Shown in pieces: positions 37,750-46,992 of a DNA stretch of 60,209 nt. Below the pieces are notes generated by a model, which was not told where the DNA came from, made no database searches, and was given only the letters and a program-made list of their open reading frames with translations. A program made the position numbers and the translations under genes. The DNA comes from Patescibacteria group bacterium. GTDB lineage: Bacteria > Patescibacteriota > Minisyncoccia > Phycocordibacterales > XYD1-FULL-46-19. Each line of letters starts with the position of its first letter. Positions within the stretch are counted from its first letter, which is position 1. The stretch is from NCBI GenBank assembly GCA_022705505.1, contig JAKJEI010000002.1:1-60209 (forward strand). Reading direction: 5' to 3'.

Positions 37750-38420
37750 CATTGGGCGAAATTGGCAATAACCACAAACTCCCCTTTGGTAAAACTTTTG
37801 TTTTCTTTTATCTTTTCCAAAAAATCCTCAGCATAGCCGACTTCATAACTTTCAAATTTTTTGGTCATCTCTTTGCCAACGAACAACAGGGTTTGGGGGT
37901 AATTTTCCGCCAAAAACTTTAGGGTCTTTTCCAAACGGAAAGTGGCTTCAAAAAAAACCAAGTTGTTGCCGGCCTCCGCCGCCGCTTTCAAAGTTTTAGT
38001 TAATTGCCCAACTTTTTTAGGCAAGAATCCTATAAAAAGAAAGGGGGCTTCAAAGCCGCAAACCGCCAAGGCGGCAGAGAGAGATGACGGACCGGGAATT
38101 GGCACAACTTCTATACCGGCTTCCCGACAAGCGCGAGCCAGGTAAGCCCCCGGATCGGAGATCCCCGGCATACCGGCCGAAGTGATAAAGGCCGCGTCTT
38201 TATCTTTTAATTCCCCCACCAAACGCGGTGTTACGCGTCGACAGTTGCGGTCATCGTAAGTGACAATCTTTTCCGGCTTAATTTCGTAGTGGTTGAGCAA
38301 CTTAATGGAGTCAGACCACTTCTCCACCAAAACCAGCGGACTGGTTTTTAGAACTTCCAACGCCCGCAAAGTAATATCCTTTAGGTTGCCAATCGGCGTC
38401 CCGACAAAATAAACTGCCAT
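37749..38420 (-). CDS. rsmI: 16S rRNA (cytidine1402-2'-O)-methyltransferase
   Basis: Tetrapyrrole-methylase fold with VGTPIGNLKDITLRALE and AGMPGISDPG. Confidence 0.88.
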   Translation of the reverse strand: MAVYFVGTPIGNLKDITLRALEVLKTSPLVLVEKWSDSIKLLNHYEIKPEKIVTYDDRNCRRVTPRLVGELKDKDAAFITSAGMPGISDPGAYLARACREAGIEVVPIPGPSSLSAALAVCGFEAPFLFIGFLPKKVGQLTKTLKAAAEAGNNLVFFEATFRLEKTLKFLAENYPQTLLFVGKEMTKKFESYEVGYAEDFLEKIKENKSFTKGEFVVIANFAQ

Positions 38421-38744
38421 ATTAGGATAAATTTAACACAAGATTTAAAAAAAGTAACCCCCTCGCCCGGCTAACGTCGCAAAGTTCAAAGGTTCTTCCC
38501 TTTTTTGCTCTTAGCCCACGTTCCGTCTTAGACCAAAAAGAACAATTAATTTAGCTGCTATTGAAGTTTACTTTTCAGCCAAACATGTTAAGTTGGATTA
38601 TAATAAATGGAAACAGCCGTCAAGCTAAAATCTTCATTAAGCATTCATCAAATCTTCTTAATCTTTAACAAAGCGCTTCGCTCATTTCATCAATTCATTA
38701 GTTAAAAACAAAAAACTCATTATCAATCTTTAACTTTATCTTCT

Positions 38745-39422
38745 ATGAAAATACTCATCGTCGAAGACGAAGAACGCCTAGCTAAACTTATTAAAAAAGC
38801 TCTCGAAAAAGAAGGCTTCGCCGCTGACTATGTCACGGACGGCGAAGCGGCGGAAACCAGGATAGAAATTTGCCATAAAGATTATGACTTGGTCATTCTG
38901 GACTTGATGCTCCCCAAAAAAGACGGCCTGGAGGTTTGCCGTAGCATCCGGGCAAAGAAAATTAACATCCCAATTCTTGTCTTAACGGCCAAATTTGATG
39001 TAGACGATAAAGTCAAAACCCTTGACGCCGGCGCTGATGATTATTTAGTCAAACCATTCTCCCTGGAAGAACTAGTTTCGCGTATCCGAGCGCTCTTGCG
39101 TCGCCCGCCACAAACCATCCCAACTGTTTTAAAAACCCAAGACCTAACTCTAAATAACGCCACTCGAAAAGTAACGCGCGGCAACAAAGAGATAAAACTA
39201 ACAGTCAAAGAATTCGCCATTTTAGAATATTTGATGCGCAATCCCAACCAAGTCATCAGCCGCAGTCAAATCTTGGACCACTTGTGGGGTTCGGATTTTG
39301 ATTCATTCAGTAATGTGATTGATGTCCATGTCAAAAATTTACGCAAAAAAATCAGCAATGGCAGCCGCCGGAGAATAATAGAAACCATCCGCGGTATCGG
39401 TTATCGCATTTCCACTGAATAG
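38745..39422 (+). CDS. OmpR-family response regulator
   Basis: Receiver domain (ILIVEDE, LVILDLMLP, LTAK) plus a winged-helix output domain (EFAILEYLMRNPNQV, RGIGYR). Confidence 0.92.
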   Translation: MKILIVEDEERLAKLIKKALEKEGFAADYVTDGEAAETRIEICHKDYDLVILDLMLPKKDGLEVCRSIRAKKINIPILVLTAKFDVDDKVKTLDAGADDYLVKPFSLEELVSRIRALLRRPPQTIPTVLKTQDLTLNNATRKVTRGNKEIKLTVKEFAILEYLMRNPNQVISRSQILDHLWGSDFDSFSNVIDVHVKNLRKKISNGSRRRIIETIRGIGYRISTE

Positions 39423-39600
39423 CTTGTTTCTTCATCGCAAATTCAAGCGAATATAATAAGCTAAACAAGATGTTTGATAAAAGTAAAAATAATATCTTGC
39501 GTCATATTGATATCCTGCACAATATTCCCCCGTAAAAAGACCGACTACAATCTTTTACTCTTATTTCCTTTTAACTATTTAATACTTAAATCAACTCCAC

Positions 39601-39633
39601 CAAAACGCGCCGCTCTTCCCCCGGCGCGTTTTG
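39601..39633. terminator. Bidirectional terminator between convergent genes
   Basis: Perfect 12-bp stem CAAAACGCGCCG-ctcttcccc-CGGCGCGTTTTG, with A/T runs on both sides. Confidence 0.65.
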
Positions 39634-39684
39634 ATTTGCCAACTAGGCCAAACCTCACGACAACAGTTTTGATATTTTCACTTT

Positions 39685-40554
39685 CTAAATTTCCTTTATC
39701 TTGTAGCCTTTCATTTCCGTATCCATAAAATCCGTTCTTATCCCCGAGTGGGATTCTTCAGTCAAAGGATTATTTTCTCTTTTATCTACCGCTTCAAGCG
39801 CTTTTTGCCAATCCCCTCTATCAAATAAGTCCAAATAAAAGATTATTAGGACATCTCCGTTTTCTTGGTTAATTGTCTCCAAGCGTAAACCCATCCACTT
39901 GTTCAGAGGCAAGATGTTGGGATTATAAGAACGGTCATATTCTCCGGCTAGAATCTTTTTTTCAGCGAGCACGGAATATTCCCCATCACGCTTTTTTTTA
40001 ATCACTATGTCACCGTCAACTCGCAAACCGGCATAATAAAGATTGTCATCATCCACGTAACGGCTGATGAGCAAAACACCATTGGACTCATTCCGGCTAG
40101 GCGTGTCGCTAACCCAATATTGGTTTACCTTAAAGTAAGTTTCTTGTTGGTGGTCTTGCCACTTCTTCTTAGTTATCAAACGAAATAGATTTTGCGGATG
40201 GTAACCCCCATCGGTATCAAAAGGGTTAGACCCGGCATATTCTCGCCACCAACGAGAGTCAGAGGACAAATCGCCTTGGATGGTAAAGAAGTGGTCTCCA
40301 ACCCAATAGACCATCGCGCCTGAATCAAGCCACCAAAAAGGGTCGGGACTTTCTTCCAGGGAGCCAGTTTCCTCTACCACATAAGCACTCCCCAAAGGGG
40401 CCTCAGGATTATTTTCCATGTAAATTGCCGTTGGCAAAATCCAGTTTGGGTTACCAAGGTTATTAACGCCGAACAAATCCTCGCCATAAACAAAGGCAAG
40501 CGCTAGCAATGAAATAAACAAAAGGCCGAACAAAAAATAAAATTTTTTTATCAT
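39685..40554 (-). CDS. Secreted protein with an unassigned jelly-roll-like domain (paralog of the N-terminal half of 46993-48702)
   Basis: Signal peptide. Blocks shared with the 569-aa protein are G[YF]HPQN[LI]F, NGV.LISR..DDN.YYA, DG...IKKK and NP..LP.N...GL. Confidence 0.65.
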   Translation of the reverse strand: MIKKFYFLFGLLFISLLALAFVYGEDLFGVNNLGNPNWILPTAIYMENNPEAPLGSAYVVEETGSLEESPDPFWWLDSGAMVYWVGDHFFTIQGDLSSDSRWWREYAGSNPFDTDGGYHPQNLFRLITKKKWQDHQQETYFKVNQYWVSDTPSRNESNGVLLISRYVDDDNLYYAGLRVDGDIVIKKKRDGEYSVLAEKKILAGEYDRSYNPNILPLNKWMGLRLETINQENGDVLIIFYLDLFDRGDWQKALEAVDKRENNPLTEESHSGIRTDFMDTEMKGYKIKEI

Positions 40555-42203
40555 AGCATTTCCGCTAGTCTAATGGGCTTATAATTTTCATTTTGAATTG
40601 CGGGTTCAGAAGTAAAATGTTTTATTTTAATCAAACTGTTACCGAGAGTTTTATCCCACCCCTTAACCGCAACACCGCCGGACAGATAAGCGTTATCATT
40701 ATCAACCACGCTAACCACCGACTCCCCACCAACAAGACAGCCAATCTCGTCCTGCCAAAAAGAAGCCCCGACCGTTAAATTGTTTTTGGACAAAACATTC
40801 TCGTTTTTTGCCTCCTTCAACAAAACTTTTTGACCATCTATTTGCTTTTCTACGCGAACAGAATTATCACTGTAAGTACAACTGTAATAATTAGATTCAT
40901 CTCTAAAACGGCCGATTAAAGAAAAGTGACTGCCTTTAAGCCAATCAATTGAAAGAGTTAGGCGGTAATCGGTCCAGTCGTATGTCCCGTCAAGCAAAGC
41001 AAAGGAACCTGTCGTCTGTTCGGAAGAACGTATTTCCAACTGACCACTTGACAGCCTCATCTCACCCCATGATCGACGCCAACCTTGATTCAGAGAAAAA
41101 TCATCCTCAAAATAAATATTTTTACTTTGACCATTTTCCAATAGACTGGTCAGGAATTCACCGTTCCAAGCCGGATAAGGTTCCATTCTTTTCAACATGC
41201 TCGTCTGTTCATCTCGATGGTTTTGACTAAAACCCCTATCGTGCGGCCAAGTTTGATAAAAAGCCAAATCATAAATATTGCTCACTGCTTCATTAATAAT
41301 CTGCCGGCTAGGCGGGAAGTTAACCGTCTGTTGTCCAAAATCTGAAAAAGGGTAAGAAAAAGCTGTAACTTTTATGTCTAGAGCATCTTCAATCTGTTTC
41401 TTTGAACCAGCAAGTTCCCTTACCACCCTGGCGACATATGCTTCTTCGTCTTCCAAACGATTTTCTTGAATCAACCACTGGCGATTACTTAAAAAATTTC
41501 TCTTTTCACCGTAGGAATTAATCGTCACAAAACCGCCGTCTTCCTGAATAGCATGAGAGCCAATTTCCCAACGGCCGGATTCAACCATTTTTTTCAGCTC
41601 TTCGCGATTCAGATAATATTGGCTGTCTTTGTCTTGGTCATCGTTCAAAGAAGCTTGAGTGGAAATAAACATAACCGCGTTGAAGCCCAGATCTTTTAAG
41701 ATGGGGTCTGTCGGGTAATAGCTGTCCTTACGACCGTCATCAAAGGTTAATAAAAAAGATTTTTGCGGCAAATCGAGGTTGCCTGTCAAAAATCCCTTCA
41801 TTTGGCTCAGCGTTATCGTTTGGTAACCAGCTTTCTTTAATTCAAACAAGTGATCACGAAAACCTTCCGGCGTTATATCAAATCGGTTGGCCGTCGGCGA
41901 GAGCCCGTGGTAAACCAAGACCGGTACCGACAGAGTCAAGATGGTTTCTTTTTTCTCAGCCTCCGGTTTAGCGTAAATCTCAGGCCCGAACAAATGATTA
42001 ACAGTGGCCAAAAACCGAAACCTAAATTCTCGCGCGCGGTAAATGACAACATCTCTGTAAGTTCGCAAATAATACCACCTGAAGTTTTCCAAAAATAAGC
42101 GATTCTTTTCATAGTAGTATAATCCTCCAGCCAAAATGATAGCCACCAGACCAAGTAAAGCTATTTTTTTTATCACTGTTTTGGTGGAAATGAAGCTAAC
42201 CAT
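40551..42203 (-). CDS. Membrane-anchored polysaccharide deacetylase (NodB/CE4) with a C-terminal lectin-like domain
   Basis: N-terminal TM helix, VLVYHGL...LTFDDGRKDSYY, and FSYPF. The C-terminal ~180 aa look like a beta-sandwich. Confidence 0.8.
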   Translation of the reverse strand: MVSFISTKTVIKKIALLGLVAIILAGGLYYYEKNRLFLENFRWYYLRTYRDVVIYRAREFRFRFLATVNHLFGPEIYAKPEAEKKETILTLSVPVLVYHGLSPTANRFDITPEGFRDHLFELKKAGYQTITLSQMKGFLTGNLDLPQKSFLLTFDDGRKDSYYPTDPILKDLGFNAVMFISTQASLNDDQDKDSQYYLNREELKKMVESGRWEIGSHAIQEDGGFVTINSYGEKRNFLSNRQWLIQENRLEDEEAYVARVVRELAGSKKQIEDALDIKVTAFSYPFSDFGQQTVNFPPSRQIINEAVSNIYDLAFYQTWPHDRGFSQNHRDEQTSMLKRMEPYPAWNGEFLTSLLENGQSKNIYFEDDFSLNQGWRRSWGEMRLSSGQLEIRSSEQTTGSFALLDGTYDWTDYRLTLSIDWLKGSHFSLIGRFRDESNYYSCTYSDNSVRVEKQIDGQKVLLKEAKNENVLSKNNLTVGASFWQDEIGCLVGGESVVSVVDNDNAYLSGGVAVKGWDKTLGNSLIKIKHFTSEPAIQNENYKPIRLAEML

Positions 42204-42218
42204 AATTAGCGATTCGTT

Positions 42219-43514
42219 TTAACGAGTCCCCCAGCGGGAATCTCTAATATTTATAATTGCCCAAGGCAGTTGCCAAATCAAAACCAAGGTGTAAAAAACC
42301 GCAAACAAGACCCCATAAAACCACTTGCGATCCCGAGTGTGGATATAATAGTACAAACCATAAATCAAAGACATTAACATCAATCCCAACAAATAATAGC
42401 AAGGAACCAAGCCAGTCATATACGGATACCAAACAAGGGCTCGCAAAACAATAATCGGCGCGGCTAAAGGCAAAATGAAGCCAAGATAAAAAGACAAACT
42501 CATAATTATATTGCGACGCCAAATGAAAGTGCTGGCAATTAAACTCTCCCGCACCCACGACTTTTTCCAACGCAACTGTTGTCGCATAAATTGTCTAAAG
42601 TTGTCTGGAACCATTGTGTGACAAATCGCCTCTTCAGCGAACAAAGTTTTATAACCGCGACGCAACAAAAAGTTGGTTAAGCTGCGGTCATCACCGTAAG
42701 TGCAGGCGATACCTAAAAATCGCTGCTGTCCCCAATCAGCCAAAACTTCCATGACCGCCTGGCGTCGGTAAGCCGAACAACAACCACTGCAGCAAGTCAC
42801 GCTATTAAACATCGCCTCAGCTGCCTTGTAGGCCTTGAAGGCAATGTAGTAACGAACCGACTGCATTTTGGTCAAATAATTTTTGTTTTCATTAGTGACA
42901 TAAGCCTGGCCGGCCACTGCCACCACTTGAGGGTCAGAAAAGTATTTTACTAAATTCCTGGCAGTGCTTTGATTAACAAAACTGTCAGAGTCAACAAAAA
43001 TCACCAAGTCTTTTTTTGACATCTTGACACACTCAGCCATCCCCTCTCTTTTGCCCCTGTTTTCTTTCCAATCAATGACTTTGACCACCGCGCCGTGGCG
43101 AGCGGCGATTTCTTTAGCAACCAACATTTCTTGCAAAGTATTGTCAGTAGACCCATCATTAACAGCAATGATGTCAAACTTGTTTTTGGGATAGTCACTT
43201 TTGGCCATTTTGAGAATTGTCTCTCGGATATTGTCTTCTTCGTTTTTAGCCGGCACGCCAAAAGAGATGGTTGGCAGATAATCAACTCTCATTTTTTTGT
43301 TGTCCACTTCGTAAAAATAAGCAATCACAAAACGACTCAACAAATAAAGAGAAACTCCTAAACTGTAAAGACCAAAAAGAATATTATTATCTATTTCTTT
43401 TATGGTTATCAATTTGATAACCAACACGAGGTAAACCAGAAAATAGAAAATAATCCAGAGGTTGATATTTCTAAGAGAATAAAGGTTATAGGCTTTTTTG
43501 AGTTTTGCAATCAT
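42219..43514 (-). CDS. Membrane-integrated family-2 glycosyltransferase, HasA/NodC-like processive synthase
   Basis: N-terminal TM helices, then AVNDGSTD, VDSDS, GDDRSLTN and QQLRWKKSWVRES (QxxRW). There are 4-5 C-terminal TM helices and a C-terminal RWGTR. Confidence 0.8.
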   Translation of the reverse strand: MIAKLKKAYNLYSLRNINLWIIFYFLVYLVLVIKLITIKEIDNNILFGLYSLGVSLYLLSRFVIAYFYEVDNKKMRVDYLPTISFGVPAKNEEDNIRETILKMAKSDYPKNKFDIIAVNDGSTDNTLQEMLVAKEIAARHGAVVKVIDWKENRGKREGMAECVKMSKKDLVIFVDSDSFVNQSTARNLVKYFSDPQVVAVAGQAYVTNENKNYLTKMQSVRYYIAFKAYKAAEAMFNSVTCCSGCCSAYRRQAVMEVLADWGQQRFLGIACTYGDDRSLTNFLLRRGYKTLFAEEAICHTMVPDNFRQFMRQQLRWKKSWVRESLIASTFIWRRNIIMSLSFYLGFILPLAAPIIVLRALVWYPYMTGLVPCYYLLGLMLMSLIYGLYYYIHTRDRKWFYGVLFAVFYTLVLIWQLPWAIINIRDSRWGTR

Positions 43515-43517
43515 AAT

Positions 43518-44819
43518 TTATCGTCCAATGCCCAAATAAACCAGGTCGCTGTTATTAAAACTTTCCTTGGGCAAAAAATTCCGCCCATCAATCACAACAG
43601 AAACGCCGTGACTTTTTAAAAATTCTGGCGTAAGACCGGAAAAAGCTCTATGACCGGTAACAATCATGACTGCTTGCGACCCAGCCAAGGACTTGCCTAG
43701 TGAAGGGCTGGTAGACCGATTCAAAACATGAGGGTCAAAAACAGAAACCTTAATCCCCTGTTTTTTCAAGTTTTCAATTATTTTAAACGCGGGGCTTTCG
43801 CGGCAATCATCAACGTTCGGTTTGTAGGCTAGGCCCAGCACCGTTACCCTGGCGCCGACTACTTCAATTTTTTTCTTGCGTAACCCCTCAATTAAAAGTT
43901 TGGTAGTAAATTCCGGCATATAATTATTTATCTTTCTCGCCAACTTCAAGAAGTTATGATTAAAACCATTTTCCTTGGCATATTTAATCAAGTAATATGG
44001 GTCAACCGGAATACAGTGACCGCCCACGCCGCAACCAGGAAGATGCCTCATAAAAGCGAAGGGTTTGGTCGCGGCGCCGTTTAAAACGTTTACGACATCA
44101 ATCCCCAACTTGGAAAAAGACATCGCCAACTCGTTTACGAAAGCAATGTTAATATCGCGGAAAGAGTTCTCCACCACTTTTACCGCTTCTGCCTCCTTGA
44201 GCGAGTCCATCTGTTTAACTTCCGCCTTCAAGATGGAACGATAAAAATCCGTGGCCCTGGCCAAACCAACTTCTTCCAAGCTCCCAATCACACGCGGGAT
44301 ATTCTCAACATCCCAAAACGGATCGCCGGGATTAATTCTTTCCGGACAATGGGCCAAATAAAAATCCTTGCCGCCAATCAGTCCTGAATTTTTCTGCAAA
44401 AACGGCAAGACAACGCCTTCGCTGACACCCGGGTTGACGGTAGATTCCAAAACTACCAACTGGCCTCTTTGCAAAATTAAACCAAGCGCTTTACTAACCT
44501 CCTCTAACGGCACCAAATCAGGTAGGTGCTTTTTATTGACCGGCGTTGGCACGCAAATCACAATAACTGAAGCGGTTTTTAGGGCAGCAAAATCAGTGGT
44601 TGCCTTAAAACCGCTTTCTTTAATAAGCTTCTCCACCTTGGCATCTTCAAAAGGTGGAACTTTCTTTTTTAGTTTATCCACCTTCTCTTGGTTGATATCC
44701 ACCCCAATTACTTCATAGCCCTTCTTGTCTGCCAACAAAGCCAACGGCAATCCGACATAGCCCAAACCAACCACGCCTATCGTCTTGCCTCTTTTATTCT
44801 TTTTGAGATTTTTGCCCAT
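43518..44819 (-). CDS. Nucleotide-sugar 6-dehydrogenase (UDP-Glc/UDP-HexNAc dehydrogenase family)
   Basis: Rossmann motif GVVGLGYVGLPLA and the catalytic Cys motif GGHCIPVDPYY. Confidence 0.88.
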   Translation of the reverse strand: MGKNLKKNKRGKTIGVVGLGYVGLPLALLADKKGYEVIGVDINQEKVDKLKKKVPPFEDAKVEKLIKESGFKATTDFAALKTASVIVICVPTPVNKKHLPDLVPLEEVSKALGLILQRGQLVVLESTVNPGVSEGVVLPFLQKNSGLIGGKDFYLAHCPERINPGDPFWDVENIPRVIGSLEEVGLARATDFYRSILKAEVKQMDSLKEAEAVKVVENSFRDINIAFVNELAMSFSKLGIDVVNVLNGAATKPFAFMRHLPGCGVGGHCIPVDPYYLIKYAKENGFNHNFLKLARKINNYMPEFTTKLLIEGLRKKKIEVVGARVTVLGLAYKPNVDDCRESPAFKIIENLKKQGIKVSVFDPHVLNRSTSPSLGKSLAGSQAVMIVTGHRAFSGLTPEFLKSHGVSVVIDGRNFLPKESFNNSDLVYLGIGR

Positions 44820-44916
44820 AAAAGATTTTTAAAAATAAATTTATAAGAGTAACTGCCTCAAACTTAGCAATAAGCAATGAGTTAAAAGTGAATCCTCAAA
44901 AGCCGCGTTCACCCAC

Positions 44917-44945
44917 TTGTCATTTTTTACAGTTAGGCTTAAATT
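44917..44945 (+). promoter_or_regulatory. Candidate sigma70-type promoter for the plus arm of the polysaccharide locus
   Basis: TTGTCA - 17 nt - TAAATT, about 40 nt upstream of the ATG at 44987, inside the divergent intergenic region. Confidence 0.35.
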
Positions 44946-44986
44946 CAAATTCAAACTTTAAAAAATTTAAAATAAAAAGAAATATA

Positions 44987-46666
44987 ATGGTCACCCAAAA
45001 AAATTTCTCTCTTATCTTAATCGTCGCGATTGGAGTTTTTTTTGTTTCCTTGCCCAAAGAAATTTCAGCTGAAATTTCTTTATTTTCTTTAGGACCAAAC
45101 TTGATAAACAATAGCGACCTTGAATCGGCCAGCCCTAGCGGCGACCCAACTGACTGGGCTCGCGGTCGTTGGGGCAACAATATTGCCACTTTTGAATATC
45201 CAGCAACCGGGCACAACGGCTCGCGCGGCAACAAGGTAACCTTAAACGAACGTCTTTCTGGCGACGCCAAGTGGTACTTCAAAGATGTAGCGGTTTCCAC
45301 CAACAAAACTTATGAGTTTTCGGACTATTACCAAGCCAATGCCTCAAGCCATGTCACGGCCAGATATTTATTAAATGACGGAAGTTATAAATATATTGAT
45401 TTAATCACTGACGTGCCCGTCGGCACGGCTGAAACAAAAGTCAACTTTTCTCCACCAACAAACGCGGTCTCGCTGACCATCTTCCACTTGATAAATCAAA
45501 ACGGTTACTTGATTACTGACAATTACAGCTTGCGCGAAATAATTGAGACTCCAACTGATAATCTGATTGCCAACTCCTCCCTGGAAATGGAGACCAATGG
45601 ACAGCCGAGCCATTGGTTCCGTGGTCGTTGGGGCAACAATATCGCTAATTTTATCTATCCGATAAATGGCAACTTCACCGCCAAGGCGGCCCGGGTAGAA
45701 TTAGGGAATCGCCTTTCTGGCGACGCCAAGTGGTACTTTGAAGACGTAACTGTAAGTCCGGGAGGCTTTTATTCTTTTGAAGACGACTATCGGGCAAATA
45801 CGGATTCCTACCTCACGGCTCGTTATAAAATGGATAACGGTCAATATGTTTATTCCGACCTGGCTATTTTACCCCCCAGCCAAAGTTGGAAACACTTCTT
45901 CACCTCTTTTAAGATTCCAGGCGAAGTATCAACTTTGACAATATTTCACCTAATAAAAAATAACGGCTGGTTAGAAACCGATAATTTTGATTTTCAAGCA
46001 ATCCGTCCAGACCGATTTAACGAAGGCCTTGTTACCTTGGCTTTTGATGACGGCCCAATTTCTGTCTATGAAAACGCCTTACCTATTTTGCGCGCCACCG
46101 GGCATAAAACAACACAATATATAGTAACTGGTTACACCTCTTTCCCGGGATACATGAACCCATCTCAAGTTTTTGAAATGTTTTTAGAAGGACATGAAAT
46201 CGGTTCTCACTCCCTTAATCACGCCGACTTAACCGCTCTTGCGCCGACTGAAATAAATTATCAATTGTCAGAATCAAAAAAAGTGCTGGGGGGTTATGGT
46301 TTCAACGTCACCAGTTTTGCCTATCCTTTTGGCTACAACAACAGCTTAATTAAGCAACTCCTGGCGCAAAACGGATATGGAAGCGGCCGCGCCACCATTG
46401 AAGGCGTAAATGTTAGGGGGGGCGACCCTTACGCTTTAAAAGTTATGTCCATCTTAAATGACACCTCCTTTCTAGACATCAAAAATGAAATAGACCAAGC
46501 CTTAATCGATAAAAGTTGGCTGATTCTTCTTTTCCACCAAGTCAATCACGAAGGAGACAGATACAGCACAACACCGGAAACTTTATCCGCGATCACCAAC
46601 TATCTAAACCAAAAACAAGCTAAGGTGGTCACCGTGAGCGAAGGTACCAATCTAATGAATAATTAA
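44987..46666 (+). CDS. Secreted protein: two tandem CBM-like modules plus a NodB polysaccharide deacetylase domain
   Basis: Signal peptide after the internal ATG (MVTQKNFSLILIVAIGVFFV). It carries duplicated ~154-aa modules, then LAFDDGP, GHEIGSHSLNH and FAYPFG. Confidence 0.8.
   Translation: MVTQKNFSLILIVAIGVFFVSLPKEISAEISLFSLGPNLINNSDLESASPSGDPTDWARGRWGNNIATFEYPATGHNGSRGNKVTLNERLSGDAKWYFKDVAVSTNKTYEFSDYYQANASSHVTARYLLNDGSYKYIDLITDVPVGTAETKVNFSPPTNAVSLTIFHLINQNGYLITDNYSLREIIETPTDNLIANSSLEMETNGQPSHWFRGRWGNNIANFIYPINGNFTAKAARVELGNRLSGDAKWYFEDVTVSPGGFYSFEDDYRANTDSYLTARYKMDNGQYVYSDLAILPPSQSWKHFFTSFKIPGEVSTLTIFHLIKNNGWLETDNFDFQAIRPDRFNEGLVTLAFDDGPISVYENALPILRATGHKTTQYIVTGYTSFPGYMNPSQVFEMFLEGHEIGSHSLNHADLTALAPTEINYQLSESKKVLGGYGFNVTSFAYPFGYNNSLIKQLLAQNGYGSGRATIEGVNVRGGDPYALKVMSILNDTSFLDIKNEIDQALIDKSWLILLFHQVNHEGDRYSTTPETLSAITNYLNQKQAKVVTVSEGTNLMNN
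45098..46000 (+). repeat. Internal tandem duplication of a ~462-bp module
   Basis: Two identical 26-mers CTTTCTGGCGACGCCAAGTGGTACTT at 45254 and 45724. The 20-mer GGTCGTTGGGGCAACAATAT also occurs in both copies. Protein blocks W.RGRWGNNIA.F.YP and RLSGDAKWYF are repeated. Confidence 0.85.
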
Positions 46667-46969
46667 AAACTGAACTTTAGGTCCTCATTCAAAGTAGCTT
46701 GCAAACACAAGCCACTTCTTTCTTAATGAAACCGGAGTGGCTTTTGCTCTTCCATTACCCAATGAAGTCAACTATACTTTTGCCTGAAGCCGTTTGTTTT
46801 TTCACGCTTTCTTAATCTTGAAAAATTGTCTTCAAACTTTTTTGCCCAAAAAACAACAACTACGGGAAAAACTAATCATCTCATCTTAATTCTCGTTACC
46901 AAGGGGTAAATTATTTTGACAAAGATTGACCTTAATCACAAACAGCTCATGGTCGTTAATAATTAACTT

Positions 46970-46986
46970 TTCCGGAAATTCCGGAA
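46970..46986. promoter_or_regulatory. Tandem palindromes TTCCGGAA-A-TTCCGGAA just upstream of a start codon
   Basis: Two copies of the self-complementary octamer, 9 nt apart centre to centre, ending 6 nt before the ATG at 46993. Confidence 0.3.
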
Positions 46987-46992
46987 CTGCAA

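Noticed and set aside
38655-38665. Exact 11-mer TTCTTAATCTT shared by the two long spacers of the accessory locus (also at 46809-46819), considered as a regulator binding site
   Set aside because: In about 60 kb of AT-rich DNA many 11-mer coincidences are expected by chance (hundreds of pairs for random sequence), so this alone is not evidence.
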